28,775 nt of DNA. Source: Candidatus Heimdallarchaeota archaeon (GTDB lineage Archaea; Asgardarchaeota; Heimdallarchaeia; Heimdallarchaeales; Heimdallarchaeaceae). Made by a program: the position numbers and the translations under genes. The stretch is from positions 1 to 28,775 of the forward strand of contig JAEOTE010000067.1 in assembly GCA_016839945.1 (NCBI GenBank), written 5' to 3'. Shown in pieces: positions 9,135 through 17,705 of the stretch. The notes under the pieces were generated by a model, which did not search any database, was not told the origin of the DNA, and saw only the letters and a program-made list of their open reading frames with translations. Position 1 is the first letter of the stretch, and every line of letters starts with the position of its first letter.

Positions 9135-9195
9135 ATTTAATCAAAGCAAGCTCGAGGTATTTATAAAAAAATGTTATGATACTCGATTTATATTA

Positions 9196-11181
9196 TTATT
9201 CTACAGCAAGGATATCTATTTTGCTTTTTAGATCCTTATGAATTACAGTAATGATTGAACATACTGAAAAACAATGATTGCATTGTGTGCATAATGAATC
9301 ATCCACAATAATTCTTTCATTTTCAATTCTAATCGCATGGAATTCACAACTCCTGACACACAATCCGCATTTTATACAACCAGTTGCTCTAAATACTGTA
9401 GAAACAAAATCATTTATTGTATTCTTAACATATTGCTGTGTGAGTTCTTTTTGTTTTTTGAAATTTATTCTAAAGGTTCCATCTGAATATAATATGATAG
9501 TATGATTCTTATTAGATACGAGAATGAAATTAATATTCTTGTTTGTTTGAACCTTTCCTAATATCGGAAAAAAGGATTGATTTTTTTCGAGATTAATTCC
9601 TCCAGAAAAAGAACCTATGACACTTAATGGTTGTGTTACACAATCACTGTGTTCTTCTTGTATGGAAACAAGATCTATTTCTTTTTCTGTTTTTTCTAAA
9701 AAGTTAAGGTTAAGAGATAATACATTTGAAATTTTTTTAGGTATTTTTTTAAATCTCCACAGACCATAATCCCAATAGGATTTCGGCAAATTCCTCCTTC
9801 TACTCCATTTTTCTACTCCTTCTTTCAGTTTTTCATATTCCTTTTTATGTTTCTTTCGTAGAAGCCGAAATTGTGCCATATCCGTTGATGGACACACCCA
9901 ACACCCTATTCTTTCATATCCTTCCTCGTATAGTTTGTTGTACGGTAGTTTTCTCCATTTAATATACATCCATATCATGAGTGCTGTCCAATTTTGTATT
10001 GGTGACACGTTGATCTGGTTGGGGATATACTGGTTTTGCCAAGTGTCAGATATGGCTCTTCTAAAGGATTCATATCTTCTTTGACCAACGAAACTAATAC
10101 ATTTAGTGTCTGGAAAGGTTTGTGAAATAGCTTTCTGGATAGGAGCGAGCTTGGCAAATTTGCAGCAATAGCGAAAATCTCTTCCTGGGGGACCAAATTT
10201 GTGGAAGGCTTCCCAGAATAGTTCTTCAGGAACGCTTTCAACAATAAGTCTATCTTCGAAACCTAATTGCTTACTAGAACTATGAACGTAGTCAACAGTT
10301 TCAGGAAATTCGATGCCAGTGTCAACAAATAGAACCTGAAAATCCTCGTTAGGAAGAGCTCGACGAACAAGCTCTAGAAGAACCAGGCTATCTTTCCCGC
10401 CACTAAAAGAAACCAAGACAGGTAATTGTAAATCCTCCTTAGTTTTTTGAATTTGAGTTATAGCTTCTTTTTCTAATTTCAGAAGCTCTTGTTCATTCCA
10501 ATGAATAATCTCCTCCCAAGAATATCTTGCTGTTATAGGGTGAACCTGTCTAGCTGCAGCGCGATAGTTCTTTGCATAAACTCCCCTTTCCATTTGAGCT
10601 CTTTCGGTTTCATTTATACGAGCAATTCCTCCTGCAATAATATTATCGCTGGAATCAATAACAACAATGTAATCACCTTTCTTGATATCAGGATCAGCTT
10701 GAATGACACCAGGTATAAGTATGTTAGCTCCTTTAGCAATTTTTTCTACAGCACCAGAACCAACCCTTACCCACCTCTTTGAAAACTTTCCACTCAATTG
10801 AGAAAGACCATTGGAATTTAATTTAATGACCCATTCATTAGAAAGTAAATCATATCTACGAGTACCAATACTAATACCATTGATGATAACCTCATCCATT
10901 TGGTCTTCTGAACCAACATGATTGAGAAAAACAACGTCATCTTTACGTATTATTTTTGAATTACTCCCGAAGTTGCTAATTATTAAATCTTCAATTTCTT
11001 GCATCTCAAACTCTGTAGCGGGTCTAACATCAAAAGGAGGTGTTAGTTGAACTTGATGAGATTCTTTGTTACAAATAGGACAAAATTTTGAGACAACAAT
11101 AGGAAGATTACAGCTATAACAAAAGAAGAAAGTGTTAGGTCCAAGGATAGGAATATTCTTTTTTTTTCTTCTTGATGAGAT
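9196..11181 (-). CDS. PAPS-reductase-family PP-loop protein with N-terminal Zn ribbon, PUA domain and C-terminal 2x[4Fe-4S] ferredoxin domain
   Basis: PUA (VGSGAVEKIAKGANILIPGV), SFSGGKDS, RYCCK, RIGCWVCP, CIKCGLCVRSC and CTQCNHCFSVC. The frame is open upstream of ATG 11004 and encodes CYSC..CPIC..LTPPFDVRPA. Start placed tentatively at ATC 11181, after a GGGGTG SD. Confidence 0.85.
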   Translation of the reverse strand: MSSRRKKKNIPILGPNTFFFCYSCNLPIVVSKFCPICNKESHQVQLTPPFDVRPATEFEMQEIEDLIISNFGSNSKIIRKDDVVFLNHVGSEDQMDEVIINGISIGTRRYDLLSNEWVIKLNSNGLSQLSGKFSKRWVRVGSGAVEKIAKGANILIPGVIQADPDIKKGDYIVVIDSSDNIIAGGIARINETERAQMERGVYAKNYRAAARQVHPITARYSWEEIIHWNEQELLKLEKEAITQIQKTKEDLQLPVLVSFSGGKDSLVLLELVRRALPNEDFQVLFVDTGIEFPETVDYVHSSSKQLGFEDRLIVESVPEELFWEAFHKFGPPGRDFRYCCKFAKLAPIQKAISQTFPDTKCISFVGQRRYESFRRAISDTWQNQYIPNQINVSPIQNWTALMIWMYIKWRKLPYNKLYEEGYERIGCWVCPSTDMAQFRLLRKKHKKEYEKLKEGVEKWSRRRNLPKSYWDYGLWRFKKIPKKISNVLSLNLNFLEKTEKEIDLVSIQEEHSDCVTQPLSVIGSFSGGINLEKNQSFFPILGKVQTNKNINFILVSNKNHTIILYSDGTFRINFKKQKELTQQYVKNTINDFVSTVFRATGCIKCGLCVRSCEFHAIRIENERIIVDDSLCTQCNHCFSVCSIITVIHKDLKSKIDILAVE

Positions 11182-11193
11182 ATGAACACCCCA

Positions 11194-12213
11194 TTAATTT
11201 TCTCTTAATAATCTCATCAATGCTCTAGGAATTTGTTTATAACTAGAAACTTCAGCAAATTTTCCCCTACCCAATCTTGCAAGATCCTTACAAACTCTTC
11301 TACCCCAATCTTGCTTACTTGGTAAAGATATAACATGAAGACGTGGAAAGTATTTAAGGTATGGTCGAGGATCTCCACCTCTATTAAAAGCTCCATCAGT
11401 AATGATAACACCAAACTTGTGTCTTTTCTTAATTTTTTCTAGTTCAAGTCCACCGTATTTCAAACCTTCAGCAATATTAGTATAACCAGCGCTTTCACTT
11501 TCAAGAATTCGATTAACTAGTTCATTAGTTTTGACTTTCTCTTTAATATGCTTAATAGTATAAGCTTTAGTATTAAAAACAACCACACTAAAGTTATCAC
11601 GTTCTAGATTATATGCCATTACTGCAACAGTTAATGCTGCTGTTGTGAATCTTTCACCGTATAAAGAACCAGATGTGTCAAACATAAGAACTGCAGTTTT
11701 TGTTCTCTCTTTTCTTTCCAAACTAACTATGTCTTCTGTGTGGAGTACCCTACTACGGTTTTGTAAATACCTCTCTAATGTCTCATCAATATCAAATTCA
11801 TCTAGACCTATTTCATACTCGGTTTGTTCAAAAACTTCTCCTCTTATCCCTTGACTTGTGATACCAAAAGCTGTAGTTAAGATAACTTGTCTGGCTAATC
11901 GACGGAAAACAGGTTTCATCCTATCATCTAAAGCTGTTCTAAGCATGAAGAACAGCTCGGGAGCGCTACTGTCACCTTTAGAAGCTCTTCTAGCAATTAG
12001 TGTATATCCTTTTTTAGAATTAAGAGCTTCTGCAACAGCAAATTTATTCGAAATAGCTAACCCTTGAATAGCAGGCATATTGTCTACATCGATAGCTAGT
12101 TCTGTTTGTTTTTTGATTTCGTAGTAGCTCATTCCCTCAGATAAACTAGAGTAGATTGAAGGATTTCTTTTTCCTGAAACTATTTCAGCTTCAAGCAACC
12201 TATTCTTGTCCAT
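11194..12213 (-). CDS. von Willebrand factor A (MIDAS) domain protein, CoxE-like MoxR partner
   Basis: FDIDETLE, MIDAS DTSGS, GYTNI, ITDG. May also be translated as the C-terminal part of a frameshift fusion with MoxR. Confidence 0.9.
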   Translation of the reverse strand: MDKNRLLEAEIVSGKRNPSIYSSLSEGMSYYEIKKQTELAIDVDNMPAIQGLAISNKFAVAEALNSKKGYTLIARRASKGDSSAPELFFMLRTALDDRMKPVFRRLARQVILTTAFGITSQGIRGEVFEQTEYEIGLDEFDIDETLERYLQNRSRVLHTEDIVSLERKERTKTAVLMFDTSGSLYGERFTTAALTVAVMAYNLERDNFSVVVFNTKAYTIKHIKEKVKTNELVNRILESESAGYTNIAEGLKYGGLELEKIKKRHKFGVIITDGAFNRGGDPRPYLKYFPRLHVISLPSKQDWGRRVCKDLARLGRGKFAEVSSYKQIPRALMRLLREN

Positions 12214-12275
12214 CTTACCTCGAAAGACATATGGTTTCTGGAAATCTTCTTTATACAGGTCTCCGCTCCCCTCTT

Positions 12276-13175
12276 CTAGAAAAAATCCATATCTTTGAAT
12301 GTTGTTGTTACTATATTCTTTATAACGTCCTCAATTAAGCTTTCTACACCATCTTCTAATTCGATTTTGGTAGCTAAAGCCATGATTGAGCTATCAATCC
12401 ATGATTCGATTTCGTTAGCTTCTAGAAAACGAATAATAGAAGCTAAATCTAATGCACCTCTAATAGAAGAACCTCTTCTTAAATCAGGCCAATCTCTTGT
12501 TTGTCTTATAATCTTAACAGCCATTTTAACTATTTTTTCCTCTTTTATGCCTGTTCTAACACGAACAATGTTTTGTTCTTCTTCTTCAGGTTGATATTCT
12601 AATCTTATCCAGACGAATCTGTCTCTCAATGCTTCGCTTAATGGTGTTGTTGCAACAAGCTCGGCAGGATTCATTGCACTTATAATGAAAAATCCTTCTT
12701 TTGCTTGAATTGCACCTAATTTGGGAATGATAATGGTTCCTTCATCCATTGCACCTAGAAGAACATTCTGTGTTCCTTCAGGCATACGATTTAATTCGTT
12801 TAAAAATAATATAGATCCTTTTTGCATTGCTTTAGTTAAGGGCCCTGTTACAAAAGAATTCCAATCATACCCCTTCTCAATAACCATAGGTGGATCAAAA
12901 TGACCAACTAGTTTTGATGAGCTATATCTTTCATCACCATCAACTCTTTCGAGGTCTTGTGTGAAATATGAAGCCATTGCATGTGCAAGTGTAGTTTTTC
13001 CCACTCCCACATCCCCTTCCAAAAGAATATGTCTATTTGCTAGTTTTGCTGCTAAGCATTTCCTTAATTCAACAGTTCTTCCAACGATATTAAACTGCTC
13101 TTGAATTTCTTCAATCATTTCACTTATTGTTTTATCTTGCATTACTACGCCTTCCATTGGTACCTCTTTCCTCAT
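12276..13175 (-). CDS. MoxR-family AAA+ ATPase
   Basis: HILLEGDVGVGKTT Walker A, GPLTKAM, variant Walker B LFLNELNR, AMNP, ALRDRF, GSSIRG. Alternative start ATG 13157. Confidence 0.92.
   Translation of the reverse strand: MRKEVPMEGVVMQDKTISEMIEEIQEQFNIVGRTVELRKCLAAKLANRHILLEGDVGVGKTTLAHAMASYFTQDLERVDGDERYSSSKLVGHFDPPMVIEKGYDWNSFVTGPLTKAMQKGSILFLNELNRMPEGTQNVLLGAMDEGTIIIPKLGAIQAKEGFFIISAMNPAELVATTPLSEALRDRFVWIRLEYQPEEEEQNIVRVRTGIKEEKIVKMAVKIIRQTRDWPDLRRGSSIRGALDLASIIRFLEANEIESWIDSSIMALATKIELEDGVESLIEDVIKNIVTTTFKDMDFF
12279..12285 (-). other. Candidate -1 ribosomal frameshift slippery heptamer T TTT TTC
   Basis: Correctly phased X XXY YYZ directly before the MoxR TAG. The -1 frame has no stop between it and the vWA ORF. 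Confidence 0.6.
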
Positions 13176-13269
13176 TAAATTTCTTTATACCGTCTTTCTA
13201 ACAATAATTTTGTTATTTCGAGTCTTAAATACTTTTAGATATTTGATTTCAGTAATTTTGAATCTTCAC

Positions 13270-13295
13270 ATTTTAAATTGTATACACTTTAAAAT
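13270..13295. promoter_or_regulatory. 26-bp near-perfect palindrome upstream of the moxR gene cluster
   Basis: ATTTTAAATTGTATACACTTTAAAAT, one mismatched pair. Operator role inferred. Confidence 0.4.
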
Positions 13296-13337
13296 ATTTT
13301 CATTCATCTATTTTTTAGAAAATTGTGTAAGAACAAC

Positions 13338-13943
13338 TTATTTATTCCTAAACGCGATTAAGATTGCAGAATTAATGTTTTTACTATACTCTAGTTTTTT
13401 CTGGTAAGAGTTTACCTTTGAAGTACGATGTTCACTAACAACTTGAATATTTCCTTTATCATGGAAAATCTCTTTTAATCGATCTACAATTTCTTTTCTT
13501 ATTGTCCCCCCACCATCACCAATTTTAATTTCAAACTTTGTAGTTTCTACGTTGAAGAAAACTGCAATTGTTTCTTTCACAACATCAACCGCAGTAAAAA
13601 ACTCACTTGTAGCTAAAATCTTTTTTTCATCAACAACTACTGCAAAACCTGTGGTTTTTCCTGGGTCAATTCCCACTATAACTTCCTCAAAAGTTTCTTT
13701 GTTATTCACCAATAAAATAATGTTAGAGTAAAGATAGTAAAGATTGAATGCTTTTGGAACAAACACAATCTTGTTTTCAAAATATTTTTTTTCTATTTCT
13801 GTAGTTATAATTACTTTAGTTTTATCAGGTATTTGTTCATTAGGTAGAATGTGATTAGTTTTAATGTTTTTAATATTAGCTAGGATTTCATTAAGTTTAT
13901 ACAAAAACCTAAAATTGTTAGTCGCAATTGTTACGTAAATCAC
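13338..13943 (-). CDS. RNase H-like (YqgF/RuvC-like) domain protein
   Basis: VIVGIDPGKTTGFAVV, IKIGDG, VSEHRTS, SAILIA pattern. GTG start. Confidence 0.7.
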   Translation of the reverse strand: MIYVTIATNNFRFLYKLNEILANIKNIKTNHILPNEQIPDKTKVIITTEIEKKYFENKIVFVPKAFNLYYLYSNIILLVNNKETFEEVIVGIDPGKTTGFAVVVDEKKILATSEFFTAVDVVKETIAVFFNVETTKFEIKIGDGGGTIRKEIVDRLKEIFHDKGNIQVVSEHRTSKVNSYQKKLEYSKNINSAILIAFRNK

Positions 13944-14070
13944 AATTGAACAAAGAATCGAAATTAAAAAACTTTAGTATAAAAGAATCTAAAGACAATG
14001 CTAATAAATCATTATTAGAAAATCGAGTTAAAATAGAGATTTCAGTATAATAAATAAAATAACTTAACTG

Positions 14071-17000
14071 GTGAATCAAATCAATCAAAATGATAAGCTT
14101 TCGGTAAATATCCAAGAATATTTTAACAGTATTAACAACGATTTGGATAAGATTTATTCGAAAGCTAAAGAAGCTAGGAAAAAAGGTTTAGATCCATCTT
14201 TAGACGTAGAGATACCTATCGCTAAGGATATAGCTGATCGTGTAGAAGGACTGATAGGTCCCAGAGGGATAGGAGAGAAAATTCGAAAATATGAGAAAGC
14301 AAATTTATCAAGAGAAAATGTGGCTTTTAAGATAGCTGAGGAAATTTGTGAAGATACTAAATCTATTGATAGTAAAGAAAAGGAAATGATAGCGGAACAA
14401 GCATTACGAACTTCGCTTGCAGTTATAACTGAGAGTATAACTGCTGCACCTTTAGAAGGTATTGCAAAAGTGAAAATAAAACGTAATGAAGATGGTTCAA
14501 GTTATTTTGCAGTTTATTATGCTGGACCTATTCGTTCTGCAGGAGGAACTGCAGCAGGTATTAGTATTTTATTAGCAGATCATATTCGTAAAAAACTAGG
14601 ATTAGGTAAATTTCAACCAACACAAAGAGAGGTAGAACGATATCTAGAAGAAATTGAACTGTATAATAGAGTTAGTCACTTACAACTCCCTACTACTAAA
14701 GATGAACAAAGATTTGCTGCTCAACAGCTCCCTATAGAAATAACTGGGGAACCAACTGATAAAGTTGAAGTAACAGGAAACCGTGATCTCAAAAGAGTTG
14801 AAACAAATAGATTGCGTGGTGGAGCATGTTTAGTTTTCAATGATGGTCTTATAGGAAGATCAAAGAAATTACATAGTCGAATCTCACAGCTTGGATTAGA
14901 AGGATGGAATTGGCTTGAAGAACTAATTAATATTCATGTAAAAGCAGGGACTTTCATTGATGAGGGAGTTAGTGACATATATGATGTAGATGAAGGAGAT
15001 GAAGTAGAAACAGAAGAAGTTCCAGATGCTGAGGGAGAAGTCGTTTCTGATGTGGGATATATAAAGGATGTAATAGGGGGGAGGCCTGTTTTTGCACACC
15101 CTTCAGAAAAAGGTGGTTTTAGAATTCGATATGGCCGTTCAAGAACAACAGGTCTTGCTAGTATGGGGATACATCCAGCACTAATGGGGGTTGTTAATGA
15201 TTTCTTAGCTTGTGGTACTCACGTCAGGACAGAAAGACCTGGAAAGGGTGCAATTGTTATGCCTGTAGACACAATTCATCCACCAATTGTGAAGTTAAAG
15301 AATGGGGATGTAATTAAAGTTCAGAGCTATAAGGAAGCTTGTGAAGTTAGAAAGGACATTGAAGAAATACTTTTTCTTGGAGACATGTTATATGGTGCAG
15401 GAGAATTTAATCAAAATAACTTCAATTTAGTTCCCTCAGGATATTGCGAAGAATGGTGGTGCCAAGAGTTAGAAGAATCTCTTATGGATATCCCTGATTC
15501 TAAAAGGAATGATTTAACTAAATCACTTGAGAAAACAATTTCAAACATCTTAAAAAATCCTTTTCAAAACATTCCAGGACCTGATACGGCCATTAAATTA
15601 TCAAAAATATTAGATATACCTCTACATCCTGAATACACATATCATTGGAACAGTATTTCTTTAGAAGATTTTTCATTATTAAGGAAATACGTACATGAAA
15701 ATTTTAATGATCAGAATCAACAATTAGGAATACCTAATGAGGTTAAAATAAAACAGATTCTTGAAAATTTATGTATTCCTCATAAGCTTATTGATGATTT
15801 TATAAATCTTGAAAATCATAGTTTCCCACTTTTCCTTACACTAGGAATTGAAAACAAAGAATTAAAACCAATAAAAAATGAAAATGGGAAGATTATAGAA
15901 ACTATAAATTCTGTTAGTGGAATTAAGATTAAAGCAAAATGTCCCAATTATACAGGTGCTAGGATGGGAAGACCAGAAAAAGCTAAAGACAGAAGAATGC
16001 GTCCACCTGTTCACATGCTATTTCCAGTAGGAAGTGCTGGAGAGCGTTTAAGAGATCTTTTTACAGCTTCTAATAAAAAAGAAATTGAAATCGAGTTAGT
16101 TCATAGATCATGCCCAGGATGTGGAATATCAACAAATGAGGTATTATGTACAACTTGTGAGGTTCCAACAGTTTTTGTGAAACGTTGTTTAAATTGCAAC
16201 TATTACAAAAATGAAGATTTATGTCCAAAATGTGGAAGAGAAATGGTTGCTTATAGAACATCTACATATCCACTAGAGTCACGTGTAAACCAAGCAAAGA
16301 AGACTATCGGTGGTCCTTTCCCCAAAAACGTCAAGGGTGTAAAGAAACTGATGAATAAGAACAAAGTTGCAGAGGCAATAGAGAAAGGGATACTACGTGC
16401 AAAACACGGTATTTTTGTTTATAGGGATGGTACAATCCGTTTTGATGCCACTGATGCGGTTTTAACTCATTTCAAACCAAAAGAGATAGGAGTTACTGTG
16501 CAACAATTACATAAAATAGGATATTCGGTCGACATTTATGGAAAACCATTAGAAAATTCAAATCAAACTACTGAACTAAAGATTCAGGATATCGTTTTGA
16601 ACATTGAAGGTGGAAAACACCTTGTAAAAGTCGCTGGTTTTATTGATGAACTATTAGAAAAATTTTACAAACTTCCTAAATTCTATAATGCAAAAAAGCC
16701 CTCTGATTTAATTGGGCAAATAATCATAGGTCTTGCACCACATACTTCTGCAGGGATTGTCGGTAGGATAATAGGTTTCACAAAAGCTAAAGTAAATTTT
16801 GCTCATCCGTATTGGCATGCTGCAAAACGTCGTAACTGTGATGGTGATGAAGATTCTATACTTCTTGCATTGGATGCCTTTCTTAACTTTTCTAAACACT
16901 ATTTACCTAAAATAAGAGGAGGACAAATGGATGCACCATTAATCCTAGTTGCAAATATTAATCCACATGAGGTGGATGACGAATCACATAATGTTGATAC

Positions 17001-17646
17001 TAGTTCTAGATACCCTTTATCATTTTATGAAGAAACGTTAAAAAGACCACCAGCTAAAGCAGTTTTACCATTAATTGATATGATACGAAATAGATTAAAT
17101 GATGAAAGTGCGTATGAAGGCTTCATGTATTCTCATGAAACTTCAAATATCTTTGCAGGACCAGAATCTAATACTTATAAGAATCTTACAAAAATGGAAG
17201 ACAAAGTAAACGCACAACTTCATGTTGCAGAACTTATACGTGCAGTTAACATAAAGGATGTTGCATCAAGAATTGTTGTTAACCACTTTATACCTGATTT
17301 AATAGGTAATTTGAGAAGGTTTGGTTCTCAAAAAATTAGGTGCACAAAGTGCAATATGACATATAGGAGGGTTCCTTTATCTGGGATTTGTATCAACTGT
17401 AAAAATAAGAATCTAAATCTCACTGTCTATGAAAAATCAATTACTAAATATTTCAGCATGGCCAAGAATTTAGTTGAGAAGTATAATCTATCTGAATATT
17501 TGAAGAATAGACTAGAAATAATAAAACACAACGTTGATTCTCTTTTTGTTGAAAGTGGGTTTGTAGATGAAAAAGAAAAGAGAAAAATTAATGGTGAGGT
17601 AAAACTATCGGACTTCTTTGTCAAATATGATTCAGAAGAAAAATAA
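14071..17646 (+). CDS. polC: DNA polymerase D large (catalytic) subunit DP2
   Basis: YYAGPIRSAGGT, GGFRIRYGRSR, RMGRPEKA, catalytic AAKRRNCDGDED, RGGQMDAPL, Zn fingers, C-terminal PIP-like KLSDFF. No intein evident. Confidence 0.98.
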   Translation: MNQINQNDKLSVNIQEYFNSINNDLDKIYSKAKEARKKGLDPSLDVEIPIAKDIADRVEGLIGPRGIGEKIRKYEKANLSRENVAFKIAEEICEDTKSIDSKEKEMIAEQALRTSLAVITESITAAPLEGIAKVKIKRNEDGSSYFAVYYAGPIRSAGGTAAGISILLADHIRKKLGLGKFQPTQREVERYLEEIELYNRVSHLQLPTTKDEQRFAAQQLPIEITGEPTDKVEVTGNRDLKRVETNRLRGGACLVFNDGLIGRSKKLHSRISQLGLEGWNWLEELINIHVKAGTFIDEGVSDIYDVDEGDEVETEEVPDAEGEVVSDVGYIKDVIGGRPVFAHPSEKGGFRIRYGRSRTTGLASMGIHPALMGVVNDFLACGTHVRTERPGKGAIVMPVDTIHPPIVKLKNGDVIKVQSYKEACEVRKDIEEILFLGDMLYGAGEFNQNNFNLVPSGYCEEWWCQELEESLMDIPDSKRNDLTKSLEKTISNILKNPFQNIPGPDTAIKLSKILDIPLHPEYTYHWNSISLEDFSLLRKYVHENFNDQNQQLGIPNEVKIKQILENLCIPHKLIDDFINLENHSFPLFLTLGIENKELKPIKNENGKIIETINSVSGIKIKAKCPNYTGARMGRPEKAKDRRMRPPVHMLFPVGSAGERLRDLFTASNKKEIEIELVHRSCPGCGISTNEVLCTTCEVPTVFVKRCLNCNYYKNEDLCPKCGREMVAYRTSTYPLESRVNQAKKTIGGPFPKNVKGVKKLMNKNKVAEAIEKGILRAKHGIFVYRDGTIRFDATDAVLTHFKPKEIGVTVQQLHKIGYSVDIYGKPLENSNQTTELKIQDIVLNIEGGKHLVKVAGFIDELLEKFYKLPKFYNAKKPSDLIGQIIIGLAPHTSAGIVGRIIGFTKAKVNFAHPYWHAAKRRNCDGDEDSILLALDAFLNFSKHYLPKIRGGQMDAPLILVANINPHEVDDESHNVDTSSRYPLSFYEETLKRPPAKAVLPLIDMIRNRLNDESAYEGFMYSHETSNIFAGPESNTYKNLTKMEDKVNAQLHVAELIRAVNIKDVASRIVVNHFIPDLIGNLRRFGSQKIRCTKCNMTYRRVPLSGICINCKNKNLNLTVYEKSITKYFSMAKNLVEKYNLSEYLKNRLEIIKHNVDSLFVESGFVDEKEKRKINGEVKLSDFFVKYDSEEK

Positions 17647-17705
17647 AAGACTCTTGTAAAGTATATCAAACGAATCATTTTTAACTTCTTGAAGTTTTTA
17701 AGTAG

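Noticed and set aside
9148-9187. Imperfect inverted repeat TCGAGGTAT...ATACTCGA around the SmAP3 TATA box
   Set aside because: Short, bulged and with a long spacer; compatible with chance.
14071-17646. Intein in DP2, Cdc6 or TopA
   Set aside because: Lengths are normal and the conserved motifs are uninterrupted.
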